Shown here piece by piece: positions 1 through 13,169 of a stretch of 51,219 bases of DNA. Location: contig NMRA01001131.1 in NCBI GenBank assembly GCA_002633005.1, positions 1 through 51,219 on the forward strand, written 5' to 3'. A program made the position numbers and the translations under genes. The stretch comes from Phoronis australis (lineage: Eukaryota; Animalia; Phoronida). Within the stretch, counting starts at the first letter, position 1. Each line of letters starts with the position of its first letter. The notes beneath the pieces were generated by a model. That model searched no databases. It was not told the origin of the DNA and saw only the letters and a list, made by a program, of their open reading frames with translations.

Positions 1-701
1 AAGTCCACAATAAACTTATCAAACTTAGGCTTACCGATCTGTTCATTGGCGGATGACGAACTGTCCTCTTTACTGGGTGTCGAACTGGGCCTGTATTCAC
101 TCCCACTACTCAAAATCGCTGCAGGGATGCTTACAGGCTCTGGGCTAGAGACAACAGCACAGAGCGAATCACTGGTAGTTCCCGTAATTGCACGGAATAT
201 GGTACGTTCAGTAGTTGAAGTGCCTCTAGTCACTGTATATAGTGGCCACAAGGCTTGATTCTCGCTTCAAAAACGCACTTCTCGGGGTTGGCGACGGGGC
301 ACTGCCGGGAATCAACTGCGACGGTATGGTACCCTTCCTCAGGCGTTGTTTCGCAAGGACCTTCATCAATTCAGCGTACATATCTCTGTCGTAATTTGAC
401 GGCAGAAAATGCCGGTAACCCTCCACTAATTTGTACGTTGCGTGGACGGGTAGCGCTGCGTTCTTCACATGAACGAGCTAGCCAAGTATGGCGAAGTGTG
501 TCATATTTCGGAAAGCGACGCCAGGTACCCAAAGCGCGTGTGAGACGATAATGAGTACATCCCGGCACGCAGCAACAGCGTGGTATGTTGACTGACTTGT
601 AAACAAAAGCAAACGACTACCGAAGTTATCATAACCGAGATAGAACAATGACTGACTCGACAGTTCTCACAGTCAGACTATAATGAAAAGAAATTGACGC
701 G
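1..701 (-). mobile_element. Kolobok family A fragment (THAP transposase 5' part), cut by the window edge and an N at 702
   Basis: Near-identical to 2784-3497 apart from short indels. It encodes a disrupted THAP region and stops at the ambiguous base, before the terminal repeat. Confidence 0.85.
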
Positions 702-1483
702 NTGTTTTCTTTGTGTTCCCCAACACCACGTCACAGATGTGTAACGAAGGAAAATGGCGCCGTTTCTATTTTCCGTTATAACAATGGCGTTACAACGCCA
801 CGGCAACAAATATATAAATAACTTTTTATAGCGACGTACAATTCAGTTAATGTTAAGAATATAGAAATAATAATTATAAACACAAATTTAGAGCATATTG
901 TTGTTCAGATTGGTTGAGACCTTGCAATTTACACTTTAAGAGGGAAAACGTGATCCATAGGATAATTCTCATAGCCATTGATTTTACAAGGATGTAAACA
1001 AAAACTATTGCTGAATCCCGTACAAATTAATTTCTTATTTGTAGTGCCCGGTGTCTGATGCAAGATTATGTTCTTGACTGCTACAGTTAGGTTGTCGATA
1101 ACGACTTCCGGCTTGCAGACCAATAAGATGTCATAACAGGATGACCCGGCAAAACCGTCAAGTCAATCAAGCGCAGTCAGAGACACCATAGGCACAATTC
1201 CTGCCTACTGTATTCAGCTGATGAACTTTTTTGAAATGCTGTTGTTCAATGCATGGTCATCGACTGAAATTTACAAGAAAGCTACACAGCTATACACATT
1301 TATACTTTGAAGTCGGTCAAATAGACCCGTTTTCTGAAAGTTGGTCGAATACTGTTATTTCATTATTATTTGTATTAAGAAAATATGCTACAAACAACCC
1401 ATGTTGTGTGAATGTGTTGAGCAAGTGTAGGTCCTGAAATATTATAATGTTATTTGTACTTGAAATGATGTGTATGTTTTTTA

Positions 1484-1774
<291 letters not shown>

Positions 1775-1982
1775 CTAAATGTCGGGGTTAATCGAAACTT
1801 TCAAACTTTAATCATTTCTACATTGCTTCCACTACAATTCAGTAAAATAATTACATGATATAAACAACAATCGACGTACAAAACTCGGTCAACGTAGTGT
1901 TTTATGGTCATCATTTTTGTCAGGTTTGTTTTCAAAACAAAGTATAAACTGTCACCCACATGCGCACGCGCACACACATAAT

Positions 1983-1985
<3 letters not shown>

Positions 1986-2019
<34 letters not shown>
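1986..2019. repeat. (AC)17 microsatellite
   Basis: Perfect dinucleotide run. Confidence 0.98.
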
Positions 2020-2021
<2 letters not shown>

Positions 2022-2090
2022 ATTCATGCTATGAAGGGCACAATACGTAATTAAGATTTGCACACTGCTTTGCTAACTCTTACAACTTCA

Positions 2091-2252
<162 letters not shown>

Positions 2253-2331
2253 CTAAAACATGGGAAATTTAATGTTGAGCATCAAAATTACAGTTGTAAT
2301 AGAAAAGACAATTTAACACTGGATACATTAA

Positions 2332-3649
2332 AGGCGAAGGCAACCTTTTTCATGTCATTTTTAGCAAACTAAGGTTCGTTGATTGTTCCATACATATTTT
2401 TCACTTATTTACTGCTTTTCGTAATTTAATTAATTACTCATGGCCTACTCCGGAAGTGACGTTTTTGGAGGCAAGAAGTTCGCGCCAATTTCTTTTCATA
2501 TAGTCTGACTGTGAGAGCAGTCGAGTCAGTCATTGTTCTACCTCGGTTGTCCTAAGTTCGGTCGTCGTTTGCTTTTACTTACGAGTCAGTCAACATGCCA
2601 CGCTGTTGCTGCGTACTGGGGTGTACTCATTATCGTCTCACGTACAGAGGAAGAACTGTCCCACTTGCCCGAGTGTCCCACGACACACTCCCACTGGAGG
2701 GTGATCTGAGCACCCAAACTGCTTACATCCCGCCGTGTGACTCCCTCGCCACACACCTGGCACCTTCTAAATAGCTCCAATACAAGTCCACAATAAACTT
2801 ATCAAACTTAGGCTTACCGATCTGTTCATTGGCGGATGACGAACTGTCCTCTTTACTGGTGTCGAACTGGGCCTGTATTCACTCCCACTACTCAACATCG
2901 CTGCAGGGATGCTTACAGGCTCTGGGCTAGAGACAACAGCACAGGGCGAATCACTGGTAGTTCCCGTAATTGCACGCAATATGGTACGTTCGGAGGCACG
3001 GGTGTCAGTAGTTGAAGTGCCTCTAGTCACTGTATATAGTGGCCACAAGGCTTCTCGCTTCAAAAACGCATTTCTCGGGGTTGGCGACGGGGCACTGCCG
3101 GGAATCAACTGCGACGGTATGGTACCCTTCCTCAGGCGTTGTTTCGCAAGGACCTTCATCAATTCAGCGTACATATCTCTGTCGTAATTTGACGGCAGAA
3201 AATGCTTGCCACACACTCGGTAACCCTCCACTAACTTGTACGTTGCGTGGACGGGTAGCGCTGCGTTCTTCACATGAACGAGCTAGCTAAGTATGGCGAA
3301 GTGTGTCATCCTTCGGAAAGCGACGCCAGGTACCCAAAGCGCGATAATGAGTACATCCCGGCACGCAGCAACAGCGTGGTATGTTGACTGACTTGTAAAC
3401 AAAAGCAAACGACTACCGAAGTTATCATAACCGAGATAGAACAATGACTGACTCGACAGTTCTCACAGTCAGACTATAATGAAAAGAAATTGACGCGAAA
3501 CTCTTGCCTCCTAAAACGTCACTTCCGGAGTAGAAGACGAGAAATTAATCAAATTACGAAAAGCTGTAATTAAGTGAAAAATGTGTCTGGGATAATCAAC
3601 GAACCTTATTTTTGCTAAAAGTGACATGAAAAAAAAGTTGCCTTCGCCT
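2332..3649 (-). mobile_element. Kolobok family A non-autonomous derivative with two transposase-start ends
   Basis: TTAA at 2328-2331 and 3650-3653; termini AGGCGAAGGCAAC / GTTGCCTTCGCCT; inverted similarity of about 300 bp; THAP transposase remnant inside. Confidence 0.92.
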
Positions 3650-3659
3650 TTAAGTGCAT

Positions 3660-4445
3660 TCGACTACTGTGGCACCTCCTAGTGGTAGTTTTGTTTTGCT
3701 CTTGTTTTTACAAAACATAGAATATTAGCAATATTGACATTCATTTTCAGAAGCAATGCCTTTAATGTTGCCGGTTTCTGTTATACCAGGTTGGTCATCA
3801 CATCGGCCACGAAGCCGACAATGAAACAATGCAATAAATACCATGGCCTACTAAGTGAAAACGACATTTACTATCTTCCCATTCACTCAAACGAAGTGTT
3901 CATTAAATTACTATTTTCAAAAATATCTCTGAGATGTTTAGTCTCCACGTAAGACGCAAACAGTACGAAGGCACATTGCTCGGAAGCCATATAATATTGC
4001 GGACAAATTGTCTTTCGGAACAAGTGCCTATCTAAAGAACAAACCGATCGTTTTCTCCAAAGGTCGTTACTTCGAAATATCGCTAGCCACTTTTCAGGAC
4101 ATTGGTCTTTCGGAACAATGGGTTATCACCCCTCGGTATACCAGTACTGATACTGAAAACGTTTTAGGAGATACAGCCCTGGGCGCAAAAAAAAAGAAAC
4201 TGTCACTAGGAGGCGCCACAGCAGTCAAAATCGTCGGAAATCATCGTTAGCCGTCCTTTTAATACTAAGAACATACTCGCCAATTTTCGTTGATAAAACG
4301 GTGGACTCTAAAACAGACTCGAAAACAGCAAAAATGGCCACTAAGTGGCGCAAACTACGTCTAATCCATCTAAAAACGGGAGGATAGCGTCATCCGATGA
4401 TCTCACTAATAGATGCCTATATGCCAAATTTTATGAAACTACAGT
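3660..4445. repeat. Fragments of the CCACTAG-motif repeat family also seen at 50476-51219
   Basis: About 4160-4445 matches the 50890-51185 unit directly (cactaggaggcgccacag, ggccactaagtggcgcaaacta, ccaaattttatgaaa). About 3660-3700 is an inverted piece. Confidence 0.8.
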
Positions 4446-5207
4446 ACAATGTCTTTGTTAACATTCAGCTCAACCAATCATGGACAGGTGGGAAAGGGCG
4501 GGTAATAGCAATTCATTTTTCAGCGTGTCTCAGTTATCGGTTATCTAAGCGTCAAATTACATTCACTGGACTCGCAACTAGTGGTCAGTTTGCAACTACT
4601 AGTTATGACTAATTTCTGAATTCATCAGTTTCTCACTCAAATTTACATCAATGATGCTCGTCAAGCACCGCGTGGGCACGTTACTTTACCTGATTCTATA
4701 CCATGAAGGCTGTGTTATTAACAAAAAGTTTTTGCGCGGAACACAATTCCTAAGCATTAAATGATTTACTGGTGTGTTGGACAATTTTCAAGTTTGTTTA
4801 CAACGAAGACAATTAGTCTTGTAGTCTTACACATAAACTACGCTCTGTTTATGAGCCTAGTGAATGTCAACACTTACGATGACACTGATGAGTTAAATCA
4901 TGTCGTAAAAGCTTAATCGCTTAGATTTCAAAAAATATTCACGCTGTTTAAATTGTAGCGCCACCGATTGGTTGTAAATAAATAACTTATTGCCCTTCTT
5001 AACTATGAGTAGCTGAGGAGATTGTTAAAGCATGTCCCAACATTTTGTACGAGCATACGCGATTTGTGAGTGAAACATCATCGTTCTCTGAGTATGCAAC
5101 AAAGGAGAATAACGCATACACACATATATGTAGTAAACGTGGAATGTTAAAGATTAAAGTGACACATTAGTAGGCTAGGTTAAACTGAAGATTTGTCCCA
5201 GTCATAC

Positions 5208-5351
5208 CTTCTCACATGGCTTAATGATGCAATTAACACCACGCAGAACTAAAGGTAGACCTTTCCGATAACAAGTGCCATACTCGCGAAATTCAACTTT
5301 TCCCTGCGTCGGCCACATGGACGGTGGTTCTGGATCCTTATACCATTCCGC
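5208..5351 (-). CDS. ABCC1: MRP1-like exon (start of NBD2)
   Basis: tcacag|...AAG|gtatga, 144 nt; AEWYKDPEPPSMWPTQGKVEFREYGTCYRKGLPLVLRG...EK. Confidence 0.95.
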
Positions 5352-6315
5352 CTGTGAAATAAACAGCCTATTACACCACACGTAATAAAATCCTACCGCC
5401 AATCTTCAGCGGCCACTCTCAGGAAGGAACCGAAACAGAATGGAAACTTGCTGAGGCTTTAGACAATAAAACGCTATAGATTTTGTCATAAACAAGGAAC
5501 CTTGCGCATGACTTTCCGTTTACAAACCTATTCCATTAAGTACCTGGTCACCGTATTTTATCACCTGGGTCCAAATTATCCAATGTCGCAAGTCCGATAA
5601 TGACAAAGACGATCGTAAGAACGTTATTACACACGAGTCGCTGCGTTTTTTAAGAGGGGGACCATTGCAATTGACGTTAAGTTGATGATTTTTCGTATTC
5701 ATGCTTAACAACTTCCACCATGAGCCACGTGAAAATTAAAATTAAAATCGAAGTGACGACCATCTCAGGTATGACCTAACTTATGACCGGTTTATAAAAC
5801 AGGTCTCAGAAATTCAAATTTAAAAATCTTGAATGTGAACTCAACGTATATTTAAAGCCTACATTGAACGGTTGGGATTATTGTATAAAATTCATGTAAA
5901 TCACCACGAGGATTCTTACTATATTCCGACTACCTACTCAACCATAACTACTTTCGACCTCGTTGTTTGTTCTATACTGTCGCAGTGACGCAGTATGACC
6001 GTAGAAATACCCGGTACTCCACTGACCACTTTACTACGCTGTTTCAGTTATTACTGCACTATCTAGCCCAATACATCTAAAATAACAAAAACCCGTTCAA
6101 TCCCGGCTGTAAAATTTCATTGGAGCTCCAGGAGAACTGATTTCTTTCTTCCGAGTATCGGGAATGGCTTGGTCGGTTTTGAATAACAGGGGCAGAGAGA
6201 GCGAGAGGGAAGGGGAGAAACCTCAATTCGTCCCAAATTGTGGAACTCTTTCAGACTAACAGTGCTACTGCAGTTATGAACTGGACAAAAATAAGTTCCT
6301 AAGCTTTATACGAAC

Positions 6316-6417
6316 CTCACTCTTTATTTCTGAGTACTCCTTCATTCTCTCCACAGCCACGAAATTTGTTTCAAGATCACTCATATATTTGGCGACGTTT
6401 GTTACTAACAGCGTGAA
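6316..6417 (-). CDS. ABCC1: MRP1-like exon (end of TMD2)
   Basis: tttcag|...GAG|gttcgt, 102 nt; FTLLVTNVAKYMSDLETNFVAVERMKEYSEIKSE. Confidence 0.94.
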
Positions 6418-6696
6418 CTGAAACACAAAATTTGAAAAAGTAGAAAGAAAAGAATCGACATTTAATAATGTGGACGTGCTAACTTATTCGTTTATTTAAT
6501 ACTCGCTAAAAACCAATACAGCTCTGTGACGAACGGCAGAGTGGAGAAATTCTATGAAGAAGTCCAGTTGAGAAAGGTACTTTCAACTCGTTTTCAGGTA
6601 CTCGCCTTAACGGGGTGGCGGTCGAACAAAAACTGTATTTAGACTTTTTATCCTACAGCACCACCAACCTCTTCCAAATACTAATGCATACCATAC

Positions 6697-7020
6697 CTGA
6701 AACACCGTCGACACGGCAACACCAAAAACAGAGCTGTTGGTGGTCTTGTTGGTAACAGCGAGAACTGCTGTGATAAACAGCACGCAGGTGCCAATAACTT
6801 CTAACACCAGTCCCATCCAGCAACTGGCGAGGATGTCTGAATAGGCTGTTTGAAAGTTCCTATCCAGTGTTTGTTCAAATTTATCTGTGTAATTCTCTTG
6901 CTGTCCGTAAGTTCGTATCGAATCCACGCCAGCAAATGTTTCCCCAAACAACGAGTACACCGGTGACTTCGTTACCATGTCCATTCGTCTGAGTTGCCGA
7001 GATGAACGAGCATAAAATCT
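6697..7020 (-). CDS. ABCC1: MRP1-like exon (TMD2)
   Basis: caccag|...CAG|gtatgg, 324 nt; RFYARSSRQLRRMDMVTKSPVYSLFGETFAGVDSIRTY...VSTVFQ. Confidence 0.95.
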
Positions 7021-7553
7021 CTGGTGTAATAAAAACAGACATTTTGAAAACTTGATTTATCAGTTCAGCTACCGTGTTCTCAACAAAACATGGTGCAAAT
7101 CAATTAACTGTTGGTTCTGTTCCTAGTTTTGTAACCTTTACTCGAGATTGCACTTCACATAACAGTCGGCAGGGCAGTATTTTTGCACTTAACCTACTCG
7201 TTTGTCGCATGTCAGCTGTCGGATGTGAGTCGAAACTAACACGTTCAGGTTCCACTCTGATGGTAACGCACCTAACAGCTTGCCGCTACATATACCCTGG
7301 CTCCAATTTTTTTAGGCGAGGTAGTTTGAAAGGCTGCGTGTGTTGAACCTACAACGTAAATGTCTACTCGCCTTAGCAAAAAATAAGTCAACACCGTAGA
7401 CATCACGAGTAACTTTGTGACGTGACTAGAACTTTACAATATGGCTTGAAGTTATCAGCTGTAGTAGCGCGTGCGCGCCCGGTCTATATAAAATCTCTAT
7501 GGTCAACACTGTAGATCATCTTAAATCAAAACTTTCACGTACAAGAGCCAGTC

Positions 7554-9283
7554 GCCTCCCTGGTTCCCTGCGTGCCGCTAGGTGGTAGCCAGCACGCAAT
7601 TATCATTTAATTTTCCTCGGGAATTTTTTACACCGACGTTTCTGATAAGCTGAACAGGCAGCGCTTTACCCAAGCAAACTAGCATGACTGGTGGAGGAAG
7701 TGCAAAAAAAAATGTGGTCTGTTGTACAGACAAATCGGTGCTTAAAAGTCAAGAAATGTGAATCCCAGAAAATTGTGGTTGCTCCTTTTCTGAGTGCATC
7801 TTTCTACTGTTGCTGACTTTTGTGTACGCGTTGCTTTCCTGTATTCATACAGTTAAATGGGCCAGATGACGGCGTGATTATTGTACATGTAGGTGATTCA
7901 AGGACGCCGCTATTAAACATTAGACCTACCGCAAAAACGAAATAGTTACTGCTACGCCACTTGCATGACAAGGCTAAAAATCGTTCATAGTCCGCCATTT
8001 TCTTTTGTTGTAAAGCTAACCGATGACTGCCGAGGTTACATCAACCAATGATAAAGTGCGTGCATGCTACTGCCTGCTACCTGCGTGCCTCGCAGGTTCC
8101 CTGCGTGCCGCTAGGTGGCCGGTAGCCAGCACGCAGGTATCGCTTAATTTTCTTCGGGATTTTTTTTACAACGGCGTTTCTCATTGGCTAGTCGAATTCT
8201 CAACAGGCAGTGCTTTACGCAAACAAACTGGCATGACTGATGGACTGAAGTGTAAATGTGGTCTGTTGTACAGACATATCGGTTTATGTTCAGGAAATGT
8301 GAATCCTAGAAATTGTGGTTGCGCCTTTTCGGAGTGCATCTTTCTACTGTTGATGACTTTTGTCCTGTATCCATGCAGTATGAATAACACACCGGTTAAA
8401 TCGGTCAGTTAATGATGTGTTTATTGTACATGTATGTGCTTCAAGCACGCGGCTATTAAAGGCGAAGGCAACCTTTTTATGTCATTTTTAGCAAAAATAA
8501 GGTTCGTTAATTATCCCAGTCATGTTTTTCACTTAATTACAGCTTTTCGTAATTTAATTAATTATTCGTTCTCTACTCCGGAAGTGACGTTTTGGGAGGC
8601 AAGAATTTCGCACCAATTTCTTTTATTCTCACTGTGAGAGCTGTCAGCGGGATGTAAGCAGTTTGTGTGCTCAGGTCATGGGAGTGAGTCGCGGGACACT
8701 CGGGCAAGTGGGACAGTTGTTCCTCTGTCCGCAAAACGATAATGAGTACATCGCGGTACGCAGCAACAGTGTGGCATGTTGACTGATTAGTAAACAAAAG
8801 CAAACGACGACCGAACTTATTGCAACCGAGATACAACAATGACTGACTCGGCAGCTCTCACAGTCAGACTATATGAAAAGAATTTGGCGCGAAATTCTTG
8901 CCTTCAAAAACGTCACTTCCGTAATAGAGAAAGAGTAATTGTTTGAATTACAAAAAGCTGTAATTAACTGAAAAACATGTCTGAGATAATCAACGAACCT
9001 TATTTTTTGGTATCAATGACATGAAAAAAGGTTGCCTTCGCCTTTAAATATCACTGCGGCTGAAGCGAAATAGTAGCTGCGACGCCACTAGCATGACAAG
9101 GCTAAAAATCGTTCACAGTCCGTCATTTTTTCACGGTGTTGTAAAGCTAACCAATGACTGCTGAGGTTACATCAACCAATGTTAATGCGCGTGCCACTGC
9201 GTGATACCTGCGTGCTGGCTAGGCACATAGGGAACCAGCGAGCCTGCATGCTGGCTACCAAGCGGCCCGCAGAACCAGTGAGC
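7554..9283. mobile_element. Tandem dimer of a ~530-bp MITE; the second unit is interrupted by a Kolobok element
   Basis: Units start near 7554 and 8087 (ggttccctgcgtgccgctaggtgg...) and align throughout. Inverted copies of the start (cctgcgtgctggcta...gggaaccagcgag) lie at about 9203-9283. Confidence 0.8.
8460..9043. mobile_element. Kolobok family A short derivative (584 bp)
   Basis: TTAA at 8456-8459 and 9044-9047; same termini as 2332-3649; the matching empty site with one TTAA is at 7913-7916. Confidence 0.93.
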
Positions 9284-10139
9284 CTATGACCAAGCCTTAA
9301 ATGTCTAAACCGGTCAGCGCCATCTTGAGATTTGAGGACGAGGCTGGACGGAGCAGTGTGGTCGCGTGTTGTAAACGAGCGCCTGTCACCGACAAGCCGT
9401 TTTTGTTAGTCGTTCTTCTGTATAAGACAAATGCGTCGGTGAATTTTGTGGCAAATGCTCAAAAGATGCCAATGGGCATTTTGTAAAAGAGACAACAAAA
9501 ATACTTTATGTTAAGTAAACAGTCAAGACTTTTTTACAGATAGCAATCTACATAAAAGTTTTTAAGTGGGAGTGCGCTTTTGACTAAGCTCTTACTCTCC
9601 GGTTTCAAAGTATGGTCTTTCCTAAAAAAGGCTTTAACGCACATGGGAAAGTTTGAGAGAATTGGTATCAGATTCGCTGGGCAGTCGTCGTCCTTGAAAA
9701 CGCCGCAATGACGGCTTATTATGCAAAAATATGTCCTTGCCTGTCCGTAGGCAAACTCGATGTTACTTGTGGCCCTTGTCTTAGCAGAGAGTTTCGGCTA
9801 CACGTTAAATGCGAACGCGAACGTGTGATTCATCAGAGGTCACACTCACGTATGCGTTGTGTTCCATTAGAGATCTTCGACTACACATTAAACGCAATGT
9901 TTTCATCGGGCTTTCCACAGTGGACAGCGAGTGCTGTTCCAAAAGAATTTTAAAGGGGTTCCTATGTTCAACCTTAACGATATTTTGAGGAACGTCTTGA
10001 CAGCTGTGGATGCAGAGAAGGCCTACTTTTTGGAAATGAGGAGGTTGAGATTTAAAATCTTGTTTAGACGTGCACCAACTTCAAAAATTGATTATTTCTG
10101 AACTATCGGAAAACACTGTATTGTTTGTAAATATAATAG

Positions 10140-12065
10140 TGATTTATTGAAACATATACATATGGCCATAGGCCCAAAGTATAACATGTACGAGACAGAA
10201 CATTGTCACGTGCCACGTTACAAACTGGATAATAAATTGTGTCGCTTGAGAGCACAATGGGCGAATTTTAGAAGCTGGGTATCCGGAGTTCTCATGAGAG
10301 ATTCAAACTTAGATGTCGTGGGAGAATAGCAAAAACGATCACTTAAGCACTTAACTCGAAGGTATTGGTACGCACTGCAAACTAACACAAGGTGGTATTC
10401 GTCCTCTACATGAATTCTTACATAACTCACACAACCTATTTTCATAGGGAATATTTGTATGGCGACCCCTTTCCACTAGTAACGAATGATTTGAACATCG
10501 CAATCGAGTGAGAGACTGGATTAAAACACGTGGGATACTAACTATTTCTAAATAATTTTCATGACAATACATTGTTTTATACCTCACATAGTAAGGCAGT
10601 TTTGCGATACATTCGATATCAGATTGCCAGCCTTGCAAATAAAGGTCGTTGACATGTTGACAAAAACTGTCAAGAAATACGCTTGGTTTACCACACCTCG
10701 ATTAATCCATACATCTGAAAAACCATACACAGACAGAAGTTTCCTTACAAAACTAGCCCAATTATAAGAAGATCTTCCGATGAGGTCTGACTGAAAAGGC
10801 ATATCATATGGAGCCTTTACCCCACGATTACCAGGCATCTCCAGTATTTTGAACAAGTATTTTATACAGGATACAAAATATTTAGTAAACAATGGGAATC
10901 GACCACATTCTCCCATAACTATTTACGGGGGTAGATCGCGACATCTTCGCTTTAATTTACAAATTGTAGAGGTAGCTTTATTTTCTTGACTAGATAAGGT
11001 TTTAATGGCTTTGGTCCAAGAAAGTTTTGGAGTAATAAGTAGTCCAAGGTATTTGTAATGAGACACCACATCGACCAAAGTTCCATTGTAAAAGCATTTC
11101 TCATATCGTCCAAGGGGACCGCCATTTCTGAGAACGACCACTTTAGTTTTCGTCGAGTTTACTCGCATGCCCCATGATTCGCAAAATTCTGCCAAACAAT
11201 TTAGCATAGCTTGTAAGTTGATGGCGGTAGAGGAACACAATACCAAGTCGTCTGCGTACGGTAGGGAGTTGAAGTTGACCCTTGGCACTTGTTCGCTGAG
11301 ATATGTGCTATTAATATTACTCAGTTGACCCAGAAATTCATTTAGATACAACACAAATAGTAATGGGATGGCCATGCAAACCTGGCGAGTGCCAACAGTG
11401 CAATAAAAGAACTCTGTAAGGCCAAGTTGAGTTTTCACACAGGTGCGCAATTTACCATATATAGAGCGGATTATGTTGAAAATTTTACTATGCACATCAA
11501 TGTTTTTCAATCTATGGAAGAGTAAATTATAAGGGATTCGATCGAATGCCTTCGAGAAATCTACAAAGGTACAGTAAAAGTTTTCCCAAAGCAGACAACA
11601 GGGATATACCTCTATAGTTATTTTTGTCATTGATAATACCTTGTTTATGTACTGGAGTAAGCTATGCGTCACACAAAGTCTGGGGATAATACCCAGAATA
11701 AAAAAATGCATTAAATAACTTATACAAAACTGGCACTATCGTTACCTCAGTACACTTCAGCATTTCAAAAATCACGCCATCATAACCCCCAGACTTGCCA
11801 TTAGGCAATTATTCAATGGTCTCATGTATTTCAGAAGGCAAAAACTCAGTATTAAGAACAGATGGGTTTTTGTTATTACATTTTTCATAGGAACTATCAT
11901 GTTCAATCATATCTTGCGTAGCGAATTCACTCAAAGACAAGTCAACAGAAAAGTTTGGGCTCAATAAATCCTTGAAATAGTCGTGCCATTTCTGCGGACT
12001 AATTGTAGAAAACATACGGGATGTCCGAGTATTGGATTTAATTATTTGCCAGAATTCCTTATGGT
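10140..12065 (-). mobile_element. Degenerate 5'-truncated LINE (RTE-X-like; clade tentative)
   Basis: RT motifs FVDFSKAFD, GTRQ...PLLF, YADDLVL, YKYLG; downstream GECGRFPL and C-terminal RLCELC...EDEYH...C; AATAAA at 10143-10148 on the minus strand; several frameshifts. Confidence 0.9.
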
Positions 12066-13169
12066 TATTAAATGGAACGTTTCAATGCGCGCACCCAGCC
12101 TTTAATATGAGGGGGCTCGAATTTCTGACTAAGTGGACCTTTTTCTAACAAAAAACGGGAGTACTAAAAAAAACGGGGTACCACCTTCAGAACTGTGTGT
12201 CTGTGCCTTTTTGTGGACTTTTGCCTCATTTTCTCGGACTTTTGTTTCTCTTAGGCCACGAAGAACTGAATTCAGACCGCAATATTTTACTCGCGACTTA
12301 CATCTAAACGTGAGGACACCCACCGTGTAATCATTTATGTCTCTTGTTGACAACATTCCTTTTCAAAGAACTGGGGATCTTCCACCATGATGTGTAAGTT
12401 CAAAAATTGCATTAAGTTGAACTCTGGAGGCAGACATTTTTCGAGAACTAGCGACTAGTTGGCTGCGTTATCGGGTCATTAGAATAGCTTGTAACGGACA
12501 TACAAAACACGCAATCATTTTATGTGGAACGGCCCCCAACATTCTTAAAAAAACAGTGATTTAAAAGAGTGATTTGATCTATGTTTCATTGAAAGTGGAT
12601 AGTGTGGAACAAAAACGGCCAACGTCGAAGTTAGCGATGTTTTATATGAGCTTTTAATGCAATGTATCAAAAGGGTTAATATAACAAATTCCCTTACCTG
12701 CGAGCTGCAATACAAAAATAGCGCCTCACGAGACACGTGACTTCACGTCCATTACTAACAGAATTTCCAATCTTTGTCTTTATTTATATGAACTTCGAAC
12801 TAACGAACATTGACCACATAGCAATTTTAATACAAAGAAAAAGTGCATGCTTTTGTAGTCCAAAAGGCCGACAGTCAGCTTTTTTAACTATTGCCCCTTT
12901 AACTATCGACCTAAACCAGGTTTGAGCAAAATGATCATGTCATTTCAGAGTGCAAAATATTTTCTATTTCCCCAGCTGGGCACCCCATTTTATGTGTACA
13001 CGTCACGGTTTGATCTGTTGTTACCACCACTATTTCAGACAGGTTTGACATCATATGAACAATGATATATCTGTCAGCTTATCTCTCAGCTTTTAAGCTG
13101 TATAAATCACGCTACTATGTCGCCACTTTTTAAAACTATTGACTCGCCCTTCTCAAAGGCAATATTTTG

